Below the pieces are notes generated by a model. The model was given only the letters and a program-made list of their open reading frames with translations, ran no database searches and was not told the origin of the DNA. Positions 30,102 to 39,641 of a DNA stretch of 64,000 nucleotides are shown one piece after another. Location of the stretch: positions 124,001 through 188,000 of IMG/VR virus record IMGVR_UViG_3300013233_000235. The stretch is one strand, 5' to 3'. Both the position numbers and the translations under genes were made by a program. Within the stretch, counting starts at the first letter, position 1; each line of letters starts with the position of its first letter.

Positions 30102-30731
30102 ATGACCAACCATAGGGTTAGCCCCAACTACACACCCCCAGCAACCCCGCTAGGCGATTATCTGCGTGCCGTCATGGCGCACCAGGATATAACCTGGAGG
30201 GGACTTTCCAATCGCGTGGGATGTACACCCATCTCATTGGCCGCCATCGCATCAGGTGAATCCCGCTTTCCGGATGTATCCCAAGAAAACCTTCTGATGT
30301 ATTGTAAACACGTTTACAAAGATAGGTTTTGTAAGGATGCTTGGCGCAGAGCTATGTCCGGCATACCAACGGGTAATAAGGAGGTGCACGCAGCAATGGC
30401 CACCCCTTTGGGGGACGCTATGCGGGAGTTCCGCCGAGAGCATGGGATCACCTATAGCCAGTTCGCCCGCATGTGTGGTATCAATCACACGTACCTGCGG
30501 TCAATCGAGCGTGGTAAAGTGAAACTTAGCTTTGCCAACGGCGTTTATATATCAAAAGGTATACGCGCCAATGGGGACCTAGATGTGGCAGCGACACGCC
30601 TACTTGATTTGGTGTCTAGCACCATGGTGCAACCCACTTACACGGATATGGCTATTAGAATATCCGCCCTTAATGAAACCAAACAACGCAGGCTTTCTGA
30701 CCTGCTACTTAAGTTGGAGACAGAGAAATGA
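30102..30731 (+). CDS. tandem double XRE-HTH protein
   Basis: Two TPLGD..R...H.IT...L/F.R..G.....L..I.SG/RG repeats. Confidence 0.75.
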   Translation: MTNHRVSPNYTPPATPLGDYLRAVMAHQDITWRGLSNRVGCTPISLAAIASGESRFPDVSQENLLMYCKHVYKDRFCKDAWRRAMSGIPTGNKEVHAAMATPLGDAMREFRREHGITYSQFARMCGINHTYLRSIERGKVKLSFANGVYISKGIRANGDLDVAATRLLDLVSSTMVQPTYTDMAIRISALNETKQRRLSDLLLKLETEK

Positions 30732-30970
30732 ATAATGCCGTAACAAGATACATCAAACAGTTCGTACCAATGCATCCCGAGCGGATTTCCAAGATGGGTA
30801 AGGCCATCGGGTGGGATGGTAATGAGCTATACCACTGGCTGCGTGGTGAACGCCCAAACCCATCCTTGGCGTACATGGAGCGGATCTCCCGTTACCTGAG
30901 CCGGGGTAACCCTGAGTTTGAACCAATCCGGTTCGATCAGCTAATAGAAGGAGTGAACAAACGTGATTGA
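30728..30970 (+). CDS. XRE-HTH protein
   Basis: MGKAIGWDGNELYHWLRGERPNPSLAYMERIS. Confidence 0.75.
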   Translation: MNNAVTRYIKQFVPMHPERISKMGKAIGWDGNELYHWLRGERPNPSLAYMERISRYLSRGNPEFEPIRFDQLIEGVNKRD

Positions 30971-31481
30971 GAAAACAGATGTAAGAAAGCTGTGGCTCAT
31001 GGGTCGCATGGCCGGTATGGTTGACACCATCCGTGGTGAGCGGATGGCTGGTAATATACACATACCCATTGGGGAGCATATGCGGGATGGTGTGTACAAG
31101 CACCAGTTTGTGAACGATAAGCTGGTACGGTCCATTGCGCAGATCCGAGCGGTGATATTGGCGGCCTTAGTCGCCCCACCGGCTGAGTACCTGCCGATAC
31201 TGGCACTGCTGAGCCCCGAAAACCCCGTCCCATATGGTAAAGGTTGGCCTGAAGAGTATGCCCCCGTGCATATGGCGGTGCACGGGTGCTACTTACTAAA
31301 CACCCCCCTGCTATTGACCGAATTGGTGGAGGTGGTTACCTACAGCCTCTTCGACATCCCTGATGAAAACATGGATGTGGCCATTGCCGCGATTCGGTCC
31401 TACTACGCTATGGGGGCCACCGGGGAGTCGCTAGCATTGTACGAGGCATTAGAGGTCTATGACACCATCCCAAAAGGGTAG
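30963..31481 (+). CDS. hypothetical protein
   Basis: GTG start with GGAG SD, overlap-coupled. Confidence 0.65.
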   Translation: MIEKTDVRKLWLMGRMAGMVDTIRGERMAGNIHIPIGEHMRDGVYKHQFVNDKLVRSIAQIRAVILAALVAPPAEYLPILALLSPENPVPYGKGWPEEYAPVHMAVHGCYLLNTPLLLTELVEVVTYSLFDIPDENMDVAIAAIRSYYAMGATGESLALYEALEVYDTIPKG

Positions 31482-31488
31482 ATGCACA

Positions 31489-31728
31489 TTGCCCCCAACC
31501 TCACCATGTGGTGCATGGTTGGATAAGCGTGTACGTGAGGGGGTGATAACTAGGGGCCAGTGGGTGGCTGCACTACCCATCGCGTATGGTACCTGGAGGA
31601 AGATCGAACTGGGTCGTATCCCCATTACCGAGGCGACAGCCATGCGCCTACAGCGGACTGTTATACGTGTGTTGGGTCACGACCACTTAGATAGTTGGTG
31701 GGGTTGTGTTAACACACACCCGCTGTAA
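31489..31728 (+). CDS. XRE-HTH protein (probable TTG start)
   Basis: TRGQWVAALPIAYGTWRKIELGRIPITEATAMRL. Confidence 0.6.
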   Translation: MPPTSPCGAWLDKRVREGVITRGQWVAALPIAYGTWRKIELGRIPITEATAMRLQRTVIRVLGHDHLDSWWGCVNTHPL

Positions 31729-31742
31729 ATTGCGGCATAACA

Positions 31743-31849
31743 AGACTCCCTTAATCGGGAGTCTTTCTTTTTTATTTGTTTCCATACATTCTTAAGACTA
31801 TATAACTTGTATGAAGAGACGCATTGATCTCTTGTATAGGAGTTTAGTT
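31743..31849 (+). promoter_or_regulatory. Early cassette, class I (TATATAACT 31799-31807, ATG 31811, loop CGCATTGA)
   Basis: Repeat copy. Confidence 0.85.
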
Positions 31850-32392
31850 ATGAACGAAGAATTATCTAAAGCGTGTGCATCCATAGCGGATACCCCGCAG
31901 TTGGAATTGACATTTGATGTCAACCGCATTAGCGGTATGCCCGATGGGACAAGTGCCAATATCTTGTCACGATTGTTGGGTGTTCCGCTATCATTCCTAA
32001 CTGCGGTTGCCGGGGTGAGTTGCAAGAAAGCCGCTCTGGCGAATATTTGCACAGCAGTAACACGCCCCGGCCTATCGGTGGTATACGCCGTACGGGGCGG
32101 TACACTGCATGTACAATTCTTGGTTGCTGGGGAGTACGAGCATCTACGGATAGATGCCCCTGAGGATCCCATTCTAGGCATGGGGGTGTCGGGGTTAACC
32201 GCATGGGTGGTTACCACACAGGGTGTCTACAAACACCAGTTGAATGACTTCGAGCCCCCGCAAGTGTTTACATACCCTATAACGGGTATAACGGGCATGG
32301 CGGTAAGTGGTACGGGGATCATCATTGATGTCTTGCTGCCCGACGGTGTTGAGCGATCAATGCATCTGCGTGTGGAGGCCGATAGTGAATAA
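31850..32392 (+). CDS. hypothetical early protein (paralog family B)
   Basis: AWVVTTQGVYK motif. Confidence 0.75.
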   Translation: MNEELSKACASIADTPQLELTFDVNRISGMPDGTSANILSRLLGVPLSFLTAVAGVSCKKAALANICTAVTRPGLSVVYAVRGGTLHVQFLVAGEYEHLRIDAPEDPILGMGVSGLTAWVVTTQGVYKHQLNDFEPPQVFTYPITGITGMAVSGTGIIIDVLLPDGVERSMHLRVEADSE

Positions 32393-33008
32393 GTCCATAT
32401 TAATGGTCTGCGACCCCAAGATCTTTGCTGTGCAGGATCGGTATCTGGTAACCAGACCTGACAGACCCTGTACGTGGAGAACACTGCATCGGCTGGCCCG
32501 CACTTACCCAATCGTTGACAGATACCTAAGTGTTGGGTGCCTGCTGCCAAATCCTGCCCCACACCGCCGTAGCAAGTTCATAGACGAAGGCACCGCCGAA
32601 CTGTACGGCATTATCGCAGACTATGTGGCCAGTGGGTACGCCCACTATAAGTTCGGAGTAGAGGTCGCCAAACACCTGCGCGCCACCACATGTGTGCAGA
32701 GCATGAGTGGTACGCTGAACTGGCTGGCTATCTTACCACACGTCTATCCGGAGTTACGCCCACTTGTGTTAAAGATACATGGCTTGGATGGGTTAGATAG
32801 CGTTATGGTTGCTAAGGCCGTGCGGTTAGCTATAAGCATATCTAAGTACAGGCACCGCCGGACCACCTATTCCGAGGTATACGGAATAACGCCAGCAAAC
32901 GAACGACAGTTGTTCAGCAGAGGATACACCTGCAAACATAAAGAAAAGATTATATCTAACCTAAAAGAGGGGGGCGAGTTATGGGATACATCATCGGTTC
33001 TATGGTAA
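32385..33008 (+). CDS. hypothetical protein (paralog family C, HTH-like C-terminus)
   Basis: GTG start with GGAGG SD; aligns by eye with 33721 and 35144. Confidence 0.7.
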   Translation: MNKSILMVCDPKIFAVQDRYLVTRPDRPCTWRTLHRLARTYPIVDRYLSVGCLLPNPAPHRRSKFIDEGTAELYGIIADYVASGYAHYKFGVEVAKHLRATTCVQSMSGTLNWLAILPHVYPELRPLVLKIHGLDGLDSVMVAKAVRLAISISKYRHRRTTYSEVYGITPANERQLFSRGYTCKHKEKIISNLKEGGELWDTSSVLW

Positions 33009-33721
33009 AGAGGCTACGGGAAGTACAAGGGCTATCTGTAAAGGGCATGGCCCTCTTATACGGGGTTGGTCACCAAAGTCTCCGTAATGCCGAACACGGG
33101 GTTTACTCGCTAACCCCGGATGCTTTCCAAAGTATCGCAATGGCTAGCGAGGAAGTGTATGCTAAAGCGGGGTTTACAAGGGCAGAGATGGCCACTGCCG
33201 CTGCTGACATGTACCTGGCTAGACACCGTGAAGTCATGAAAGACTTCTCATCGAAGAAGGTTGGGCCACGTAAAGAGTATAAGGTGCTGTTACGTAACGC
33301 TCGCCTGAATGGACACATATCGTCAACGCTGCTAGCCCAAGAAATGGGCATAACCCCATACAACTTCGGTCAGTTGGAATGCGCGGGGAGATCTGTTAAG
33401 GGCCCCATGTTACACCGATGGTTATTAGCACTTGAACAATACCAGTGTGAGCGGCCCGTGCTTATAGAGATAGTGGCTGCCAGATATGGGATCTCTATAA
33501 GTATAGCTGGGGAGGTGTTCAACCAGATATACAGTGCTATCCTGGCCAGCGGTATCACCACCCAACGGTACCTTAAAGAAACGGGTACCCGGTCAACTAC
33601 GCTACAGGTGCTGAATGTGCACCGCAGGGTGATGTGGAACATGTGCATGGCCCACAATCGGTGGGTGGACGATAATGGTTTATTAGGCGATAGTTGTAAA
33701 ATAAATATGGAGGAGCTATAA
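32981..33721 (+). CDS. multi-domain XRE-HTH protein
   Basis: VKRLREVQGLSVKGMALLYGVGHQSLRNAEHG and LRNARLNGHISSTLLAQEMGITPYNFGQLE. Confidence 0.75.
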   Translation: MGYIIGSMVKRLREVQGLSVKGMALLYGVGHQSLRNAEHGVYSLTPDAFQSIAMASEEVYAKAGFTRAEMATAAADMYLARHREVMKDFSSKKVGPRKEYKVLLRNARLNGHISSTLLAQEMGITPYNFGQLECAGRSVKGPMLHRWLLALEQYQCERPVLIEIVAARYGISISIAGEVFNQIYSAILASGITTQRYLKETGTRSTTLQVLNVHRRVMWNMCMAHNRWVDDNGLLGDSCKINMEEL

Positions 33722-34389
33722 TGAACATTGGTTTACAACGGGCGCTGGCAGGGTCCATAACGGGTGTGGTCAGCGAGACTGCCCGGCGCGCCATACAGCG
33801 GGACGATGCATCTTGCAGTTGGTACACAATGCGTAGACTGGCCCTACTGCATCCGCAGGTTGGTACAGCACTCAACCTTAACAGGCTGCTACCCACGGTC
33901 ATTCGCAACACCACCTCGCAGACGGTGTGTGATAACACCGGGGAGTTCTACAGCGAGATCAGTACACGGCTTAAGATAACACATGCAGACCACCCTGATC
34001 TGGAGGCGTGTCTGCGCCACCTGGGTACAGACACGCTGAGACCGCACCCTGCCGATGCGATCAACTGGGTAAATATGCGTTACTCACCTGGGCACCTGTG
34101 GACCCTATTTGGCAAGATGTACGGACTAGGCGAGTTATCTACCCACCATCTGAAGCAAGCTGTGTGGCTGGCTGCCGCCCTGGGCACGTACACGGTTCTG
34201 CCCAAAGATTACACGGCAATGTATGGGCTCACCAACCGTGAGGTCAGTTCGGTATTCTCCATTGGGCGAGGGACTAGAGAAAAGTTGGCGGCCCTGGATA
34301 AATGGTCCCAGGTGTCTCCACGGGTCTCAGCCCATGGGGACCTGCCCATATTAACGCACTGGCTGATGTTATTGCAACTACACTCGTAA
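33721..34389 (+). CDS. hypothetical protein (paralog family C)
   Basis: GGAG SD; family motifs. Confidence 0.7.
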   Translation: MNIGLQRALAGSITGVVSETARRAIQRDDASCSWYTMRRLALLHPQVGTALNLNRLLPTVIRNTTSQTVCDNTGEFYSEISTRLKITHADHPDLEACLRHLGTDTLRPHPADAINWVNMRYSPGHLWTLFGKMYGLGELSTHHLKQAVWLAAALGTYTVLPKDYTAMYGLTNREVSSVFSIGRGTREKLAALDKWSQVSPRVSAHGDLPILTHWLMLLQLHS

Positions 34390-34448
34390 CAAACAAATCT
34401 GGGTATACTACCCTAACTAACGCCGCAGATGCGGCAAGGATATTGACT

Positions 34449-35147
34449 ATGGAAAACCAAAGAATAGAAGCAGTTGAAACCAATGCGGCAATTTTAGAGG
34501 TCATGTTAAACTGCGGGTATGACCCCACCTACAGTCACGACATGGCCGCAGGCCGGGTGACATTGGCCGACGCGACATTGGCCCGCATACACGCGGAGGA
34601 CCACCGTATACCCGCCCCCCTCCGCCGTATTGTCGGCGGGATTGACGAGCTGGTAGATCAGGAGCTGAATAGATTGGGGCACACGGCGGTCTCAGTGGAA
34701 GCCAATCTTGGCAAAGGCCTATGCTATTGGGCCGGATGGAAATATAGGTATGTCAAAAGTGGTCAACGTATGTATCACGCACCAGCCCCCGTGGACATGT
34801 TGCTAGAGGCACACAGGATGTCTGGGGAGGCTGTGGATACCGGCTTACTGAAAGCCGTGCTCACAGTGGACGTATACAGCGACCGAGTGCAACGTATGGC
34901 TGTGGCGGCCACGATGTTCCGGACGGCCTACACACTGTCTCATCCAGAGATGGCTGTGGCTGTAGGGTTGGAAAGGCCCGAGCTAGGGCGCTACCTATGT
35001 ATGGGTGGGGATGAGTCGGGTGTACTGTTAGATGCGTCCAAGACGTTTTATCGGTACATGTGGACTCACCGGGTTAAGCTTGGCGAGCTCGTCCCCGACT
35101 GGCTCAACCCTGTTGATTTCAACAGCGCTTATGGTGAATCGATATGA
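34449..35147 (+). CDS. hypothetical protein with C-terminal HTH-like segment
   Basis: AAGGA SD before ATG 34449; FRTAYTLSHPEMAVAVGLERPELGRY. Confidence 0.65.
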   Translation: MENQRIEAVETNAAILEVMLNCGYDPTYSHDMAAGRVTLADATLARIHAEDHRIPAPLRRIVGGIDELVDQELNRLGHTAVSVEANLGKGLCYWAGWKYRYVKSGQRMYHAPAPVDMLLEAHRMSGEAVDTGLLKAVLTVDVYSDRVQRMAVAATMFRTAYTLSHPEMAVAVGLERPELGRYLCMGGDESGVLLDASKTFYRYMWTHRVKLGELVPDWLNPVDFNSAYGESI

Positions 35148-35737
35148 ATGAGTTGCTGACGAAGGTCTTGGGTGACCGCCAGCTAAACTTGACCCCGTCT
35201 GAAGAGAGGGCTATTTATACACCCGGCGTCGGTATGAGCTGGATAAGTCTTGGCAGGATTATCACCAATAACCCCATCCTGATGGGGCAGGGCTATTACG
35301 CCCATCTGTCAGCTGTACACTGCGATCCAAAAACATGCGTGTTAGTGGGTGGGGATGAGATGTCTACGGCTCTGGCTATCTCGATGAAAGAGTTAGCTAC
35401 CTATGGTGATTCCACGTCATTGGATAACCATAAGTACTTCCTATCCAGGGGTGCCAAGCCTACTGGCATCATGGCGAGCTTGTGGATATACCACTTAGAG
35501 CGACATGGCATAACCAGTGCATCAGCGCTGTACAGAGAGGTGTATGGCCTAGATAAGCAACAGGCTAAGGCGGCGTGCGAGCTTGTCTGGGTGACCACCA
35601 TGCGTGGGAGGACGGTCAGCAGGATCGCCAGCTATGCGGGTTACCGCGCCAAAGAGGTTTCCCAACTATGGGTGGTTGGGGCAAAGTCGTCCAAGAAGGA
35701 TGAGGTAATCCACCGTTTACGGGAACTCATGGGGTAG
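35144..35737 (+). CDS. hypothetical protein (paralog family C)
   Basis: ATGA-coupled; family motifs. Confidence 0.7.
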   Translation: MNELLTKVLGDRQLNLTPSEERAIYTPGVGMSWISLGRIITNNPILMGQGYYAHLSAVHCDPKTCVLVGGDEMSTALAISMKELATYGDSTSLDNHKYFLSRGAKPTGIMASLWIYHLERHGITSASALYREVYGLDKQQAKAACELVWVTTMRGRTVSRIASYAGYRAKEVSQLWVVGAKSSKKDEVIHRLRELMG

Positions 35738-35757
35738 TTAACCCCCAGAATAAAGTT

Positions 35758-35856
35758 AGCCCTTCGGGGCTTTCTTTTTTATTTGTTTCCCTATATTCTT
35801 AGAACTATATAACTTGTATGAAGAGACACTTTGATCTCTTGTATAGGAGTTTAGTT
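35758..35856 (+). promoter_or_regulatory. Early cassette, class I (TATATAACT 35806-35814, ATG 35818, loop CACTTTGA)
   Basis: Repeat copy. Confidence 0.85.
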
Positions 35857-36444
35857 ATGAGCGATTTTCTGACACACAGGTGTCACATGTTAAGTACACG
35901 CACCACCACCGGGGGGTCCGAGATGACCACCATCGACGGCCTTGATCTACCACGGGCGGTTAACGTAGGCGGGCATATTGAGTTGAAGAGAGGGGGTGTT
36001 ACATATCGCACTGATAAGCATCCGCCTTGGAAGCCCTTTACAGTGTTGTCAAGCTCGGGACGCCACGCCAACGGGGTATTGTTGGAAATGCACTGCGGGT
36101 GCGATGGCACATACCCGTATGTCCTGTTTATCGATGGTCGGTGCCACGTACTAGGTAAACATTTTGGTGACATCCCAGAGAATGGTTGCGTGTTTGAACA
36201 GGGTCTCTGGATGTACGGCCATGGTCTTCTAGACTACCATGAGTCTGTGGTTATAGCCATCGGTGAGTACACCGGCACCAAACCTAAGCGGCAGCTCAAC
36301 TACAAGGTAATTGCAATGGATACCCCCAAACAAGAGTTCGTAATAGAGATTATACCCAATGCTGAAAATAGCATTGTGTATCAATTGCGGGTAACCCTGC
36401 CAGCGTGGGGTCCCCGCGCACAAGTGATACAACGCGTTAAGTAA
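35857..36444 (+). CDS. hypothetical early protein (paralog family A)
   Basis: SD-led; TIDGLDLP...GGHIEL motif. Confidence 0.75.
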   Translation: MSDFLTHRCHMLSTRTTTGGSEMTTIDGLDLPRAVNVGGHIELKRGGVTYRTDKHPPWKPFTVLSSSGRHANGVLLEMHCGCDGTYPYVLFIDGRCHVLGKHFGDIPENGCVFEQGLWMYGHGLLDYHESVVIAIGEYTGTKPKRQLNYKVIAMDTPKQEFVIEIIPNAENSIVYQLRVTLPAWGPRAQVIQRVK

Positions 36445-36475
36445 TACACACACGGTATATACCAGGAGCTTAATT

Positions 36476-36907
36476 ATGAAAAACGAACAAGCATTAAAAG
36501 ACAAATTGCTGTATGTTAAAGCGGAGTCCGTAAAAACGATCTCCTCCACGTTCGCCAATGGGGATCGTATCAGTCATCTGGAGGTGGACGGCATGCATAT
36601 CCAGGGGCTGGATGGGTCGTCCGACGGGCGGATCGGGTGGAGTGACGGCGTCAACACATGGGTGAGCCAGCCATACCCGCTTTACCATAAAGCGGTCGGT
36701 GGACCCCAACGCTGCGGTGGGGGGCACAACCACATTGGGGTTATACTCCGCGTAAGGGATGGTGGTAGACGTCATCGGCTGTGCCTAGTTTACCGTGGCG
36801 CTGTGTACTACACTGGCGGGCTGGTTAAGAAAACCGGTGATGACATCCTATTCAAGAACCTACTTTGGGTTGGTGGTGTGGGTCCACGGCCAGTGCCCCA
36901 GTCGTGA
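36476..36907 (+). CDS. hypothetical protein (paralog family A)
   Basis: AGGAG SD; VDGMHIQG...GRIGWSDG motif. Confidence 0.75.
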   Translation: MKNEQALKDKLLYVKAESVKTISSTFANGDRISHLEVDGMHIQGLDGSSDGRIGWSDGVNTWVSQPYPLYHKAVGGPQRCGGGHNHIGVILRVRDGGRRHRLCLVYRGAVYYTGGLVKKTGDDILFKNLLWVGGVGPRPVPQS

Positions 36908-37485
36908 GCCAGTCGGAGTGGATGACACCCTACCAATCATTCCTGATAAGTGTCTCCCCCCAACCCCCCGATGGTGACATTATCTGCATTGATGGGCATC
37001 CCCTGCCCAATATAGGGCGTGTCGGCAACGGGTTAACCCTGGACATATCCGGTGAGCCATGGGTGACGGGTCCCCACCCGCCGTACGTGATGCTCAATGG
37101 GGTGCCAGGTGGCATCGCCATCGTATTGGTGTTCCGATGTGATGATCTTGGCACGATGGTCATCGTTGATAAAGGCGGCCCGGTTATAATGGGGAGGTTA
37201 GTCAGGGAGGTCCCCGCGTGTGGTCCAAATGGCACAATTGTTTGTGAGCAGCGTGTGTGGTTACACGGCTTGGGGCACACCGACCTACACGGGCAGCTAA
37301 AGAAAGCCGTTAAATACACCCGGACGTGGGATGCGATCTGCATTAGCACAGCCAACGTCAAGTCTGAGTGGGTTATCACAGCCACCAGGGGTTGGCCCAC
37401 CAATCCCGACGTAGTGGATAACCCATGGGAGCCAACGTATCTGTGCCGTTGGGAAGATGCCCACTGGGCATTTGCACGTATGTAA
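36904..37485 (+). CDS. hypothetical protein (paralog family A)
   Basis: GTGA overlap (alternative ATG 36922); IDGHPLP...GNGLTL motif. Confidence 0.7.
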   Translation: MSQSEWMTPYQSFLISVSPQPPDGDIICIDGHPLPNIGRVGNGLTLDISGEPWVTGPHPPYVMLNGVPGGIAIVLVFRCDDLGTMVIVDKGGPVIMGRLVREVPACGPNGTIVCEQRVWLHGLGHTDLHGQLKKAVKYTRTWDAICISTANVKSEWVITATRGWPTNPDVVDNPWEPTYLCRWEDAHWAFARM

Positions 37486-37491
37486 TTAGTT

Positions 37492-37590
37492 AGCCCTTCG
37501 GGGCTTTCTTTTTTATTTGCTTCCCTATATTCTTAAGCCTATATAACTTGTATGAAGAGACGCATTGATCTCTTGTATAGGAGTTTAGTT
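37492..37590 (+). promoter_or_regulatory. Early cassette, class I (TATATAACT 37540-37548, ATG 37552, loop CGCATTGA)
   Basis: Repeat copy. Confidence 0.85.
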
Positions 37591-39522
37591 ATGAGTGAAA
37601 GATATATCAGAGATCTGAGCCTTAAGTTACAGAGGTGGACAGATGCGTATGCAAGTGGCACCCCACTTGTGTCAGATAGTTTATACGATGCCGTCCATAA
37701 GGAGTTGGACAAAGCGGTCGGCGGATCGGCTGAGAAGTTCGTACCGCAGACCCTGACAGTGGCCACCACTGGTAAGCACCGCGTCCCCATGACCACTCTC
37801 AAAGATGTTTACACGATTGAGGATATTGGCAGATTCGTGAATGGTTTTCCAGAGGGTACCCGCTTTATAGCGGAGCCAAAGATGGATGGGATGGCTATCA
37901 GCCTAACATATGAAAACGGCGATCTGGTCAAAGGGTTAACCCGGGGTGATTATGTTAATGGGGAGCTCTGTACTGAATCCATCAGCTACGTCCCAAGCGT
38001 GCCTATAACACTCGGTCTGGATATCGATATGGAGGTTCGGGGTGAGCTTGTTGTTACCCACGAAAGCTTTACACCAGACATGGGTGTATCGCCACGCAAC
38101 TTTGCCGCAGGCAGCCTTATGAAGGGGGACCAAGAGCGGAACAAGCATCTAACGTTCATCCCATACGCTGTGACAGTGGCGCGCGGTGAATACGGGGAGT
38201 TAACAAGTCTGCACGACAAACTCATGTGGCTGGGGACCATCGGGTTCCAAACCAATCCGGCCAAGATACTGCTGGGCACCCGCGTACAAATCATCGATTG
38301 GATGAAGGATATGCATGAAAGTTGTGACCCGCAGGCACGGCCAGAAGCTTACATGTGCGCGATTGATGGGTTAGTGCTAAAGGTCGATGACTCTGAGCTG
38401 TTTGCCGACGCTGGTGGTACCAGCAAGCACCCCCACGGGGCGATCGCCTTTAAGTACAACTCAGCTAGCGCTGTCACCACGATCGTGGCTGTGGAGGAGT
38501 CTATGGGCCGCTTTGGCGAGATAACTCCAGTGGCTATCGTGGAGCCTGTGACCATCGATGGTAATGTGGTTACCCGTGCCACCCTCCACAACTACGCCAA
38601 GGTTCTAAGCAAGGGTGTATTCATTGGTGGGGAATGCGTACTGATGCGGGCAGGTGGTGTGATACCGGACCTGGTTGCTATGACGGAGAATGTTGACAAG
38701 TTGCCAATCGTATCCCCGCCATCTGTATGCCCAAGCTGTGGTGCCGCAACAATCGTCACCGCCGACCTTATCAACACCACCTGTAGTAGAGAAGACTGGT
38801 CGGAATGTAAGGCGCGTGCGGTGCGTACTGGGGCATACATCGTGTCTAAGAAGGTGCTAAATATACAGGGGCTTGGTGGAAAGACTATCGAGAAGTTGTA
38901 TGACCTTGGTGTCAAGTTAACCACCTTGCACCATGTGCTGACACTTTCCAAGGATGATCTGGTAAAGGCCGCAGGTAACGCTATGGGGAAAAAGGTATAT
39001 GACCGCATCCAGTCGGCGGCTGAGATGTCATGCCAAACATTCATAAAGGCCATGTGCATAAAGGAAATCGGCAACCATGCATCCGTTATATTGTCCGAGC
39101 ATGTGGGTCACCACCCCCAGGGTTTTCTCGACTTATCGGGGGAATCTATCGGGCTTATCAATGGTTTAGCCGAAGATGAAGTTGGGCATTTGGTGGAATT
39201 CTTTGGCGATACCGCGAGGCAAGCGGCGGCATGGCGTGGTCATGATCTGGTGACAGACCCTATGTCGCCTGAAGATGACCCCGCTAATAAAAACGCTGAT
39301 GAGTTGGTAGCTAGGTTCAGCAACGCTGGATTCGATACGTCTCACAAGGTGTGTGTAACCGGATCGTTTGAGGGTTGTAACCGCGATGATATTCACAAGG
39401 CCCTAAGCAACGCTGGGTTCACACCCACGAAATCAGCCAGTGCGAATACCGCCCTAATAGCCGGCGATAAACCGTCGGCATCAAAGGTGGATAAATCGGG
39501 CGCGATGTTCTGTGCGTTTTAA
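37591..39522 (+). CDS. ligA: NAD+-dependent DNA ligase
   Basis: EPKMDG, TRGD...GE, EVRGE, PRNFAAGSL, DGLVLK, AIAFKY, RATLHN, CPSC zinc finger, HhH, C-terminal BRCT (CVTGSF). Confidence 0.95.
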   Translation: MSERYIRDLSLKLQRWTDAYASGTPLVSDSLYDAVHKELDKAVGGSAEKFVPQTLTVATTGKHRVPMTTLKDVYTIEDIGRFVNGFPEGTRFIAEPKMDGMAISLTYENGDLVKGLTRGDYVNGELCTESISYVPSVPITLGLDIDMEVRGELVVTHESFTPDMGVSPRNFAAGSLMKGDQERNKHLTFIPYAVTVARGEYGELTSLHDKLMWLGTIGFQTNPAKILLGTRVQIIDWMKDMHESCDPQARPEAYMCAIDGLVLKVDDSELFADAGGTSKHPHGAIAFKYNSASAVTTIVAVEESMGRFGEITPVAIVEPVTIDGNVVTRATLHNYAKVLSKGVFIGGECVLMRAGGVIPDLVAMTENVDKLPIVSPPSVCPSCGAATIVTADLINTTCSREDWSECKARAVRTGAYIVSKKVLNIQGLGGKTIEKLYDLGVKLTTLHHVLTLSKDDLVKAAGNAMGKKVYDRIQSAAEMSCQTFIKAMCIKEIGNHASVILSEHVGHHPQGFLDLSGESIGLINGLAEDEVGHLVEFFGDTARQAAAWRGHDLVTDPMSPEDDPANKNADELVARFSNAGFDTSHKVCVTGSFEGCNRDDIHKALSNAGFTPTKSASANTALIAGDKPSASKVDKSGAMFCAF

Positions 39523-39538
39523 ATAGCAGTATAAAGTC

Positions 39539-39641
39539 AGCCCCGATTAAGGGGCTTTCTTTTTTATTTGTTTCGCCCATATGTCAGAACTATATAACTA
39601 CTATGAAGAGACACTTTGATCTCTTACTTTGGAGTTTAGTT
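39539..39641 (+). promoter_or_regulatory. Early cassette, class I (TATATAACT 39591-39599, ATG 39603, loop CACTTTGA)
   Basis: Repeat copy. Confidence 0.85.

Noticed and set aside
25815-37802. Minus-strand ORFs ending ...KLLYKRS(R/M)(C/R)LFIQVI (28682, 31798, 37539; similar endings at 25815, 29942)
   Set aside because: Antisense read-through of the cassette; the shared peptide is simply its reverse complement.
1641-39641. ORF-track starts MKRHFDLLYRSLVM as real signal peptides
   Set aside because: The main SD lies inside this segment and points to the second ATG; the same sequence ends in a stop in three copies; no hydrophobic core. Kept only as a testable isoform hypothesis.
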